A stretch of 64,000 nt of DNA from Lama glama (lineage: Eukaryota), in assembly GCA_028534125.1 (NCBI GenBank), contig CM052818.1:35094001-35158000 (forward strand), in the 5' to 3' direction. This document shows, one piece after another, positions 50,001 to 61,819 of this stretch. Numbering within the stretch: the stretch's first letter is position 1; each line of letters opens with the position of its first letter. Made by a program: the position numbers and the translations under genes. Below the pieces are notes generated by a model, which saw only the letters and a list, made by a program, of their open reading frames with translations, was not told the DNA's origin and searched no databases.

Positions 50001-50780
50001 ACCAGTGGTCAGTCTGGGACCCAGGTGGAGGTCTTCCTGCAAGCTCACTTTTCAGAGTTGTTGGTGTGCTAATTAAGATCAGATTCCCTGAATGTGCGGG
50101 TTGGAGAAGATCCTAGTGTTTCACAGACAGATATCTGGGGTTGCTGCCCTGAGCTTCTCCTGCTCAGATACCTCTCTGATACTTTCTGGCTACTCTGGGC
50201 TCCCCTTTTCCGTCCTCTGGCCAAAAACTGCCCACTTCTGCAATTGCACCACAGTGGCATAAAGACAGAGAGAGAAAAAAACTGTCACCGGGGCCCTGCT
50301 TAGAGCTGCAGCTGACTGAACAGAGGTGAAGTTTCCTTTTCTTTGCATTTTTGATGCTGGTAGCTCCCCAGGCCAGCTGCTTTTGTTGATACTGCCACTG
50401 CCTTCACCACAGGATGGCCTCTTGGCTGGAGTGGGAGAAAATGAAGAAAAAAGAGAAAGAGAGAAAAATAGACCTGGAAAGTTTTTCCCACTCTCTCCAG
50501 GTGGGTTTTAGTCTTCTTTCATCTCTTCAGGCCAGAACTAGAGTTTCTCCTGGATTTCTCTGTGTGAGTACCACAGTGCTACGTTCAGGGGTTCAGGCCA
50601 AGGGATGCAAGAAGGAAAAAATGTAAACTCACTGCCTGTGCAGTGGTCTTTGCGTCCTGTGTTCTTTCCCAAGCCAACCTGCTGATACTTACTTTTCAGA
50701 CTGCAGCTATCTCCAGCATACATGCTGTGCAGGTTTATAGTTGTATTTGGTGGGAGAGTAAGGTTGGTATGTGCTTACTA
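47040..50780 (-). mobile_element. Old L1 retaining 5' UTR-like region, ORF1 remnant and deleted ORF2
   Basis: ORF 49100..49495 (KRSNI...DIMAENSPNLVKDMYLQIQE...YIVIKLLKTKDKEILLKEAR) is the L1 ORF1p RRM region. ORF2-like pieces lie at 47040-48700. Confidence 0.75.
49000..49204. mobile_element. MER58A-like MITE inserted in L1
   Basis: CAGGAGTTGGCCAACTATGGCC...AAATAAAGTTTT...AAAATATTTACT...GCTGATCCCTG. Confidence 0.75.
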
Positions 50781-50824
50781 CTCTTTACTGAGGTCTAGAA
50801 CATCCCAGGGGTGGGCTTTTATAC

Positions 50825-51046
50825 CTTTTATTAGTCACTGGCTATAGCTGCTTGATGACTCCTATAGGGAGCGAGTTACTTGCTGGGCATTTCTTGGTAA
50901 GGGAGTGTTCAATCAGCTGAAGGCCGTTTTCCAAAGAAGAGTACATCTTTGACAAGTTAGCAGCCAGCACTCACAGCAGCTGGGGCATCTGTAAAGCTCA
51001 GGTCAGCTAAGGGTATCTGAGCAGGGCACGAACAGCATCTACTGTG
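50825..51046 (-). mobile_element. LTR16-like ERVL LTR fragment
   Basis: AGTCACTGGCTATAGCTGC ... GGGTATCTGAGCAGGGCACGAACAGCATCTACT. Confidence 0.5.
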
Positions 51047-51623
51047 TTATAATACTGTTTCCTTACGTGCTTTGACTTACATGCCTTGAGAATCTTTTCC
51101 TAAGTTGGACTCACCTGCTTCGTTCTTTTTATCTGTGAACTACACTATTTCATTGTATGGCTGTACCATGTTATTTAAGCAGTTTCATATTGGATTTCTC
51201 CTTCTTTTCTTTTCTCTTTCCACCACTCCCCTCTACTTCCTTCCAATTCCCCCCTCTCCAACTCACCCCTGCCCTTCCTTCTTTCCCCTCCCTCTTTCCT
51301 TTCTCTTTCCCTTTTTTAACAAATAAATAGTATGTATGTTGCTATTTGACTGAAGTATTGTGCTGTACACTAGAAACTGACATAACATTGTAAAATGACT
51401 GTTCAATAAAATATATTTAAAAAATAAATATTTGTAGGAAGTGTGAAAAAAACCCATGTATTTACTGGGCCAAAGGTAGTATACATTTAAACTTTTGGTA
51501 AATATTGCCAAATTGCCCTCTAAAATGCTTGTCAGTTGACATTCACTAACAGTCTGTGAGAGTGTCTGCTTCTCCATTACCTCCAAGGAAATACAGTTAA
51601 ACATTGTACAATTCTTCTAAGTG

Positions 51624-51830
51624 CGGTTGACACTTGAACGATATGGGGGTTAGGGATGCTGACACTGTGCACAGTTGAAAATCTTCGTATAACTTTTGAA
51701 TCCCCCAAAACTTTACTACTAAACCCTTCTGTTGACCAGAAGTCTTATCGATAAGTCAACTAACACTTATTTTGTATGTTACAGGTATTATATACTGTAT
51801 TCTTGCAATAAAGTAAGCTAGAGAGAAGAA
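51624..51830. mobile_element. Tigger2/MER8-like fragment
   Basis: GTTGACACTTGAAC...GGGTTAGGG...CAGTTGAAAATC...ATAACTTTTGA.TCCCCCAAAACT. Confidence 0.7.
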
Positions 51831-52269
51831 AACAGTAGTAGTGATAATAATAATTATAATTATAATAATAGGAATAGCGGCTACCATTTGTCCTGTGCTT
51901 ACCTAAGGTCAGGCACTGTCTAAATGAATTACTGTTTTTAATCCTCTCATAAGCTACATGAAGGTGGTGACTGTCTCTTTTATTCACTGCAATGTTTCCA
52001 GTACATCTAGGAGTGCCTGTCACATAAGAACGCCTCAGTAAGTATTTGTTAAATGAAGGGTAGTGAAGCATATGTGATTCTTATGCCATTTCAGCAATGA
52101 GGAATGAATCTTAGAGTGATTAAAGCAAATTGTCCAGGCTAAACTTCCGGTAATGGAACTGAAACTCAAACCCTGGTGGGATGTGGGATAATTGTCATTT
52201 TGACAGTGGAGTAACCTAACTGCAGCCAGGCATGGGTAGTAGTGCAATATTGATTACTGTCGCTTTAGG

Positions 52270-52485
52270 TTGGGTTGACTTATTTTTTCTTAAAAGGACC
52301 AGATGTTGACTGTTTTAGACTTTGCATGCCAGATGCTCTCTGTTGCAGCTGCTCAGCTCTGCCGTTGTAGCATGAAAGCATCCATAGACAATATGTAAAT
52401 GAGTAGGTGTGGCTGTGTTCCAGTAAGTCTGTGTTTGCAAGAACAGGTGGCAGGCCAGATCTGGTCCAGGGAACTCTAGTTTCTC
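52270..52485. mobile_element. MER58-like MITE
   Basis: TTCTTAAAAGGACCAGAT...GCTCAGCTCTGCCGTTGTAGCATGAAAGCA.CCATAGACAATATGTAAATGA...GGCTGTGTTCCA. Confidence 0.75.
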
Positions 52486-52744
52486 TAGTTTGCTTTAGGT
52501 GATCTCTTGCGTCCAATGTCACAGTAATCACACATGCAGATGTGGGCTTTGAAGTGGCTTTGGCATTCCTTGTTGCTTGGTGGTCATCCAGATGATCCAC
52601 AATATGTTTATAGTAATTTTTTTCAACATTAATCTGGAAATAAAGACAAAATTTAGAAAACTACCGTGAAGAACTTAGGGATCTCCAGGAATTCTTAGAT
52701 CTTACTTTCAGAAAAAAAGTGATATAAAGAAATAGCAAAAGTAA

Positions 52745-52880
52745 GGGGGTAAGGTATAGTTCAAATGGTAGGGCACACGGTTAACATGCACAAGGTCCAG
52801 GATTCAATCCCCAGTACCACCTCTAAAAATAAATAAATAAACCAAATACCACCCCCCCCCAAAAAAACTAAGAAAAAAAT
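52745..52880 (+). mobile_element. tRNA-derived SINE (vic-1-like, long form, diverged)
   Basis: GGTATAGTTCAAATGGTAGGGCAC...GGATTCAATCCCCAGTACCACCTCTAAAAATAAATAAA, C-run, A tail. Confidence 0.85.
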
Positions 52881-53179
52881 AATGAAAGTAGAAAAAGGAT
52901 ATAATAAATGATATATATTATAAAGGACATTGTAATTCTCTTGTTGTAATCTGTGTTTTGCATTTAAATTTTGCATTAATCTAGTGAGAGACCAAGACTA
53001 GGGGGAGGGAGCAGACTTTTGAATATTTTCTTTTCTTTGTAACTGCAGGTAGCAGCTATGTTTTTTCTCTAGGACCTAGATTTTTTTCAGTAGATTTGTG
53101 CTGTTTCTGGCTGCTTTTTCTTTGTCTTATTTTCTTTCTGTTTAAAACTTTTTCCTCTTGGGGGCAGATTGTTAAAAAA

Positions 53180-53520
53180 ATCATGTGGAGCACAAAGGAG
53201 TTTTAGTGCAATGAAATTATTCTGTATGATACTATAGTGGTGGCTACATGTCATTATGCTTTTGTCAAAACTCATAGAATGTACAACATCAAGAGTGGGC
53301 CCTAATGTATACTGTGGACTTTGGTTGATAATAATGTGTCCATGTTGGTTCATCGATTGTACCAAATATGCCACACTGATGAGGGATGTTGAGGGTAGGG
53401 GAGTATATATGTGTGGGTGGGGAGGGCTATGTGCCTACTCTGTATTTTCTGCTCAATTCTGCTGTGAACCTGAAACTGTTCTAAAAAATTAAGTCTATTA
53501 ATTAAAAAAAGAAAAAAGAA
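53180..53520 (+). mobile_element. Old L1M 3' end
   Basis: GTCAAAACTCATAGAATGTACAAC...GGACTTTGGTTGATAATAATGTGTC...CTGTGAACCTGAAACTGTTCTAAAAAAT, polyA. Confidence 0.75.
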
Positions 53521-53964
53521 ACCATTATGTATGTTAAAGCCTATTTGATAACATTTTAAAATGATCTAAGGGCCAGTCTTAGTGATAAAAATATTAATTG
53601 CAGAATGTTAAGATATATATTTACATTCTTAATTTTCTTTAGGATATATCTATCTATAAACTTCTGGCAGGCAGTTTGCTTTAATGGATATGTAATTTGT
53701 GTAGTCATCACTTAATTTGTGATTCTAACATATTTGAGAATATGTTAGATAAATCACTCCATGATTATAGCAGTTTAATCTGCTTAGGGAAATCATTTAG
53801 CTTATGCTATTGTCTAGATATTTTTCTTCACAAAGTAAGGCAAAGTTTGGCTGAAATTGCCATGAATTTTGCATCAGTAGGGTCCATGCAATGGACCAGC
53901 TTTTTAGGCATAGAGATTTGAAAATATGCATGTAGAAGCAACAATTATGAAAGAAGTTTAATGA

Positions 53965-54165
53965 ATGGGTTGGGATTCCACTGTATTGCTTCTGAGTTGT
54001 ATGTCCTTGAGCAAGTTAGTGTTCTTTCCTAGGCATCTGTTTCCCAGTCTGTAAAATGGGAATAATAATAATAATAATAATAATAAAATAATAAATACCA
54101 GCACCCAGGGTTGTTGGGACAATTAAATGAGATAATGCATGGAAACAAAATCACTGGCATAGCCT
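53965..54165 (+). mobile_element. MIR SINE containing (AAT)8 at 54061-54084
   Basis: CCTTGAGCAAGTTA...TTTCCCAGTCTGTAAAATGGGAATAATAAT...AATTAAATGAGATAATGCATG. Confidence 0.75.
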
Positions 54166-54682
54166 AAATCATGGGACAAAAAAATTATGTTTAGGAGTTG
54201 TTTGAGTTTGTGGATGAATACTTTTTTGTTTAATACTGTGTAATATAAAAATAAAAGATTTTATTTATATTTTACATATAAGCTAATTATCCTTATGTGT
54301 TTTTGTAGCTCTTCATTATAATTATTTTAAATTTATATTTAGTGACATGTTTATCTATGTAAAACAGTAGGTATATGGGAAACTGTGTCTCAGCTAATCT
54401 AGGACTCTGCAGAGAAAATAAAGTTAGCTATAAGACATTATTTTCAGCAAAGGAAGCAAGTGTACGAGCTCATTTAAGTATTGACTCTGATATTTCAAAA
54501 GCTATCAGATAGAGGGACCACAGTTTTTATCTTTTTCTATATTGGGCTTCCACTTTATTTTTGCTGCTACCCTCTTAATGTGTGCTTATACAACTTAATT
54601 TCTTCTTCACAATAGCATGATAAGCACTTGGTTGAATTGTCAAATTATACAGTGGTTTATTGTATCCTTTTTTGTCTCTAGG

Positions 54683-54749
54683 ATGATTGAGGAAAGTGGG
54701 AACAAGCGGAAGACCATGGCAGAGAAGAGGCAGCTGTTCATAGAAATGC
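54683..54749 (+). CDS. DTNB: Dystrobrevin beta, first coding exon (exon 2 = 54682-54749); partial CDS, ends in phase 1
   Basis: Acceptor tccttttttgtctctAG at 54680-54681, then G + ATG. Translates [22 protein letters not shown]+C, which I recognise as the DTNB N-terminus (DTNA reads MIEDSGKRGNTMAERRQLFAEM). Donor C|GTGAGT at 54750. Confidence 0.96.
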
Positions 54750-55999
54750 GTGAGTCTTGAGTGCTTCTAGAAATCCTTATTTGTATGTGTGGGAATAGCT
54801 TTTTTTTCCTCTCCCTTATCAAGTCGTAGCTTTAATCAATTAGAAGTTTTATGTTACAAGCTTCAGAAAGGGAAGAATGGGGGTTAAAGAATCGTGGAGT
54901 TGGAGAACCCCCAAGACAGAGCATGTATTTTAACTGAATTGACTTGAACTTCTTTCTTAAGCAAGATCATAAATAATAAAGCAGAAATGTTAACCTAAAT
55001 TATCTGTGGGTTAAAGGCTTGCCTGTCAATTTAAACCTCTTGCTGTAGCTCCATTGTTACCATGAGCCTGCAGGTGGTGATAAATAATTAACGAATTATA
55101 TAAATTACCTCCCACTAGATAAAGGTTCTAAGGTAGAGATGACTAAGTGTTAGCACAACACTTACAGCTGTAGGAAAAATTAAAAGCATGAATGTGTACT
55201 TTGGTATATTACTTTACTGTATACACTTTAAAATCTGTTAAAACTTCTTATATATTTCTTATCTATTCTTATGTATTCCTATATTCTTACGTAATCTTAT
55301 ATATTTCTTACATAAAATTCAAGCAAAAAAAAAAGATGGCTGGGAGGAATAGGGTAGTTCCCAGTGTTTGGAGGGTTGGTTTGGTCTGCAGTTACTTGTC
55401 GATGTGACCGTGACTGCATGGCCTTGACCAATGCACTGACACTTGGTGGACCTCAAATTCCTTAACCATGAAATGGGGTTATTGGTCTGTGCCAGTGATT
55501 GTGAAGCCTTTTAAGAGCATTGCGCTTTTTTTTTTTTTTCCCAATGAGAGCTTACAAGGACCTTCAAAATGAGTGTTGTAAGATTGGTGCTGCTTGGTGA
55601 AGCCAGAGGAGGGAGGTGGGAGTCAGCTTGAGATACCCCTGAGGTAGCTGCAGAATTCTAGAATTCTGCATATCATGGAGTGAAAATCAGCAGGTCAGAC
55701 CCTTTCAACTATCAAGATTTTCTAAATTGTTAGAGTCTTAGTAATGGGAAGGCAGAGTTTGACTCAACTCAGATCTGTGTTGTCTTGTCAGGCAGGGCCT
55801 AGATAATTGTCTGTTAAAGATGGCAGAAAAAGAAATTTTTGGCTTAGGCAGTTAGTCTGGGTGATCTTTACCGACTTTCCTAGTTCTGAGTCTCTCATTG
55901 CTAGTCATCTAAGCTGGACACCTTGGAGTCACTTCTCTCCACCTCACCCTCCTCCACCAAAGAAATCACAAAGCGCAGCTGAGTTTTCCCCCGTGAGTC

Positions 56000-56246
56000 C
56001 TTTTTTTTTTTTCAATTTTATTTATTTATTTATTATTATTATTATTTTATTGAAGTATAGTCAATTTATGTTGTCAATTTCTGATGTATAGCGTAATAGT
56101 TCAGTAATACATGTACATACATATATTTGTTTTCATATCGTTTTCAGTATAGGTTACTACAAGACATTGAATATAGTTCCCTGTGCTATACAATATAAAC
56201 TTGTTGTTTATTCACTTTATGTATAAATGTTAGTATCTGCAGCTCT
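56000..56246 (-). mobile_element. 5'-truncated L1 3' end
   Basis: PolyT/(TTA)n followed by ATTGAAGTATAGTC...GAATATAGTTCCCTGTGCTATACA. TSD CGTGAGTC at 55992-55999 and 56247-56254. Confidence 0.85.
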
Positions 56247-58440
56247 CGTGAGTCTTAAATCGGTCTGTTCCTCATACTATAATGGCTTTGAATCCAGGCT
56301 CTGTAGTCAGACTGCCTGGGTTTGCATCTTGGCTCCCTCACTGGCTTACAATTTTCTCATCCATAAATAGGACCTACTGCATAGAATTATTGTGAAGATT
56401 AAATGAGATAATGGGACTAAAGCACTTCACGCCATGCTTGACCCGGAACCGTAGGTATTTAATGTGGTTTTAGCTGTGTTTATAATTAATATATATATAT
56501 TTTTAATCATTTTTACTTTTCTAAACGGAAGCAGTCAGTTTCTGATCCCTTCCTTCAGTCTTGACACTCAAGTTGGTGATCTCTGATGCTACCAGACTGA
56601 ACTATATAAACCTTAGGTTATTTCCTCCTTAAATCCCTTCTGTTGCTCCTCATCACTGTCCTGAGGAAGCCCAAGCTCCTGAGATGCCCAATGAGGCCAT
56701 TTTGGACTCTTCCTTGGCTCACAAGTTTCTGATTTCCATCACTCACCATCTGTGTTGTTTCCAGCAGTCCTGGCCTGGCTTTCCCCCAGAGAGGTGGTGG
56801 TTTTCCTCTCTCTGTGCTGTTGTGTATGGGGTTGCCTCCGCCTTCATCTGGCTTGTTGCTCCTGCCTACCCTTCAGGACTCAGCATAGGGTCATCTTTTC
56901 GTTTAGTTTTTAACACATTTACTGAGAATCTGTTATGTTCCAGGCACCATTCTAGGTGCTGGCGTTATAGGGGAGAACAAAACGCAGTCCCTGACTTCTC
57001 TCCCACAGCTTACATTTTAAGGGGAAACTGACAAAAACAGAAACCAAATAAACTGTAATTCTTGATACTAAGAATTACAGAGGGTAGGTACACTTACATG
57101 GGCATATGAGAGAGCGTGGTAGGGTAGGTATTTGAAGTAGAAATTGGGTATTCTGCAAAGAACTGAGTTTACTCTTTAGTGAATGCTATCACTGATGCAT
57201 AAACCTTGTATAAGTTACCATTCTCTGTAACAAACTCAAGGATATGATGTTTGGTGGAGGTGGCTTCCTGAGTCTCCTCCATTTCTTCACAGAAAGAATT
57301 GCGCTGGTACCAGTGGTACCTGCTGTTGGAAGCCCCACTCTCATTGTCAACATCACCCCAAGTCTCCAGCATAATTACCTTGTAAGAATGCAAAAGTCAC
57401 CTTTTGCCAGCCTTATTACTTGGCCCTGTCATCTGGGTGTTGGGTTGATTGTAGTATGTCAGTTTTGAATCTAATGGTCTTTCTTCACTCTTTTATTAAT
57501 CTTAATGGTTAGTTTATAGACTTCTACTTAGGTAGGTAACTACATGTATATCTTTTTTTTTAAGACTTTATTTTTTTTAGAGCAGTTTTAAGTTCATAGC
57601 AAAATTAAGAGCTGTCTCTTAATTTTGCCCCCCTGCCCTGACGTACGCATAGCCTCCCTCACTGTCAACCCTCGCCCGCCAGAGTGGAACATCTCTTACA
57701 GTTGATGGACCTACACTGACACATCATTAGTGATGAAATTGGTTCATTCTTTCTTTGCTTAGTATTTTATCTTCTAGACTCTAAGCATCACAAGAGTAAG
57801 AATCACATGTATTTATCATGGTAGCTCCAGCAACTCAATAAATATTTATTAAAGGAAGAGGAGAATAAATTACATAGAAAATTTGATAGTTTATAATTTT
57901 TACTTAATATAAAATTACTAAGAAAAATGAAAGGTGATCATTTCTCAACTCTGGTGCTAAAGTAAAAGCTGTCTAGATGAGTCTATAAAATATTTGACAC
58001 CAGGCCTTTGTGCTCACAGGTTCTGGTTTTATTTTTCCTTCCCCAAAATGTCACTTTTATTGTATTTCTCAAGGAACTTTTGGCTTTATTGGTCCTCTCC
58101 ATTATATGTTTTTCTAAATATTCCACGAATGCTTGAAAGTAATGTGTATGTTCTTTGCATTATTATCTCAGTCAAGCTTGTTATATGTTTTATTAAAATC
58201 TTTTTTGTTCTTACTGATTTGACTGGTTGATCTTAATTATTAAAAGATGTTAAAAATCTCTGCTTTGATGGTGGATTTTAAATTTTCCCCCTATAAGTTT
58301 TGTCAGTGTTTTGAAGCTTTTGTTCTTAGTGTATATATATTAAAATGTTATGCCTTCCTAGGAAGTTGGATCTGTTGTCATTATATGGGTACCTGTTTTT
58401 CTAGTAATGCTTTTTTTTTTTTTGCTGTGAAGTCTAGTTT

Positions 58441-58550
58441 AAAAAAAATATTGTATGTATGTATTTATTTTAATAAAGATTCTGGGGATTGAACCCAGGA
58501 CCTCATGCATGCTAAGCATGTGCTCTGCCACTGAGCTGTTACCCTTCCCA
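58441..58550 (-). mobile_element. tRNA-derived SINE (vic-1-like)
   Basis: CTGGGGATTGAACCCAGGACCTCATGCATGCTAAGCATG...CACTGAGCT on the plus strand. Imperfect TSD CTGTGA(A)GTCT(A)GTTT. Confidence 0.85.
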
Positions 58551-61500
58551 CTGTGAGTCTGTTTTTGTGTTATATTAATATAACTATACCAGCTTTCTTT
58601 TGGTTACATGCTTAGTACAGTATATCTGTTCATTCTTTAAAAAAATTTTCTGTATCCTTATGTTTTATGTATATCTCCTGTAAACAGCATAAGTTAGTTT
58701 ATTTAGAAAACAAAACAAAACTGACCATTGTGACAGTTTTGGCTTTTTCACTGAAGGATTTATTCTGTTTAACTTTTTTTTATGAATACTGATATATTTT
58801 ATTTCTTCCGTTTTATTTTGTGCTTCAATTTTGTCCTTTCTCTGTTTTTCCTCCTTCCTTGACTTCTCTCAAATGAGTTGAGCTTCCTTCCATTTGTTCT
58901 ACTTTTCCTCCTCTACTTAGTTGTGAGTTATATTATGTTCTTTTTCTTTTCTTTTTGTGGTTACCCCAGAAATTTTAATGTCAATTAAAATGAAGTCCAG
59001 ATCCTATCAATAAATATAACTTTGTTCAAAGTAATACAGGAATATTAGAATATTTTAGAGCACCTCTTTTATGAAATATATGCTGTCTTTTGTATTATGT
59101 TTTGAACTCCATGAATTAGACTTTATTTTGTATAATCAATTTTTGTCTTATCCAGCCTATTTGGTTATCACTTTCTTTGCTTGCCATTATTTACAAAAAT
59201 TTAAATCTAAATTTTGGTGGAGCTAGGCATGTGTCTCTACCATTTCCTTTTGTGGAATTTTTAAACTTTTTTTCCTACTTCATCCACTGATGGAGTCACC
59301 CTTCAGTGGTTGTACCTTCCTCTCTGCTGGGACCTCTGGCTTCACCTCTGGTCCCTAGGGTTTTTAATTGTACCACCAAGAAAAAAATGAGGAAGTCATT
59401 CATGTTCATTTTTGTTGCTTATTCAGACTAATTTTTTTTTGAAAAAAATTTTTTTCCTCATTAGAAGTGCTTGTAAAAATTTTCAGACAATTCAGAAATG
59501 TTACTCTACTTACTTTTATTAGATTTATAATTTTTTCTCCCCTTTCTCCCCTTTCTCCTTCCCTTCTCCCCATTTCCCCAGTTAGATTCCTTTTTCAACA
59601 AAGTATATTTTCTTTGTTGTACCTCCCATTGGTCTGCTGAACACCTCCACCAAATCCTGTGGCTTCCTAGAACATGGTTTGGAATGCTCTGCCCTACCTG
59701 AAGAAGGCTAAAAGCATCAGCATGTTTACCCAGGAAACAGAGCTGGCTTCCCCATTGTTTTTATCACCTTCCCCTATTAGCTTTTCCTTGCTAGTGTCCA
59801 CAGTTGTATGGTTTGTCTAACCTTTTGTATTTATTTACTCTTTATATTTTTAGGAAAAAGGAGATCAGAGTCTTTTATACCAGGCAACTGAGAACTTCCT
59901 AATTTTCAGTTATTTATTCTAACAAATACTTAGTTGCTAGTTTTATTACATCCTACTTTGTGGCATATATTAATGAATAATACAACAGTAAATGGGTCTT
60001 TGCCTTCATGGAGCTTAGTTTCCATGAAATGGAAACAAGGAATGATAGGGCAGTGGGAGCCATGATAGGGGAAGCATGGGAGGTCAAGGCAGGGGTCTGG
60101 GAGGAAGTGTCTTGGCTGAGTCAGCCCAATGATGTGGTGAGGGGAGGGCTGGGGCACTATCACAAAGGCCCAGAGGTGGGAAGGCGTGTCATATTTGGGT
60201 AATTGTATGCAGTCCAGACTGATTGGAGTTGGGTGTGCGGTAAAATTTGAGAGGTGCATGAGCCAAACCTTTAAGTTGTGTTGGGTAGTCTTGTGTTTTC
60301 CAAAACTAGCTTGCTTTATATGACTCTCTAGGGACATTTGTTAAGAATGAGGATTGCAGATTCTTCCCCTGGAGATTTTGATACAAGCTTCTGATACAAA
60401 CAGATAACAATAAAACTCTTACATTTGACTCTTTTTTCTTGGGATTTGGTTATACTATAGAACATTCATATCCTAGTCTCATGAACAAGGAGAGCCATAA
60501 TGTACAAAGAAGGGTTAATCCTTTCTTCATTTCCCTGTCTTTCTCCTGTATCTCTTGAGTACCCAGTGTCTCCATATTGTCCCCTGTCTGTTCAGGAATT
60601 TCACTGGGCTTTCTAACTGGGGCCAGTGTTCTGCTTGGATATTTAGTTAGGACTCTGTACCATTTTTGATGAGCTTGAAACATTGTCTGACATTAGAATT
60701 AAAATGACATTTTACTGTATTTCTTATAATGAAATACTCTTGAAATGAATGATAATGAAAAGTAATTATTTTTAAGTCCAGAATTCCCAAAGGGATAATC
60801 TGATCATTTCAGTTTTTTTGCTGGGGGCTTTTCTATTTTGTATGTGCCAAACTACCATATTTTCTGATCAGGAAATCAATATGATACTTACCTAGGGGAA
60901 GTATTAAAAAATTGAAGGCTACAATTAGGCAATCTATGAGGACTCTCCTTTTGGAAATCAGTAAAGGTGACTGCTCCAGAAGGAGGAGAACCTCTGGGAG
61001 GTTTGAGTACCTGATTGGTTGAATGTTGCTACAATAAGATTTTAATAAAGTTCTAAGGTTATTGATTATGTCTTAACTTCTAGGAATTATTTTTGGATTT
61101 GGACTGCAACTAGATTTTAAAAAAATGGTATTATGGCCAGGACTTCCTAGAATTTCTGAATCCTATACCATCCCACTGTTATCTCTACCTCTTCCCCATT
61201 GGGTTTAGAGTGATACGTTTTTATAAGCATCAGTTGCAGAGGAAAGCAGAGTGATAACTTGATTCTTACTAGTTCCTGATACTTCAGTGTAGAGATTTCT
61301 GGCAGACTGGGCTGAAGCATATGGAGTTTCCTGCTTCCCTAAACTAGTTAGCTTTGGACTTGGGTGATATCGGCTCTGTTTCATCTTTTGCAGTACCCAA
61401 ATCTGACTCTAACTGCACTGGAGAAAAAGTCTGAAGAGAGTGAGTTACAACAGATGCACTGACTTTTTCCTGCACTTTTACTTCTTCACTAGCAAACGTG

Positions 61501-61819
61501 GCCTAATAAATGCCTTGCAATCTCGTCAATGAGATTAATAGTCTATCTGTTTGGTCAGTTGGGGATGGAATTTTCCTTTCCTAGCTGTTCACATTAGTTT
61601 TCTCAGTGTTTCTCATAAAAATATTTCATAAAAATAAATATTTAGACATTAAAATTACCTGCAGTAGTTTAATAACAGGTTACTTATTAAGTGCCCTTGA
61701 ACATTTGTCAGTATTCTTTTTTAAAACCATTGGTTTGGTTTAATTTTTGAATAATTAATATTTAATGATTCGAATTTAAAATATTTAGGCTGAGACAGTA
61801 ATATATTAAGAAATAAATG

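Noticed and set aside
60884..60900. ATACTTACCT resembling the U1 snRNA 5' end
   Set aside because: Similarity ends after about 10 nt; it is simply the reverse complement of a donor consensus.
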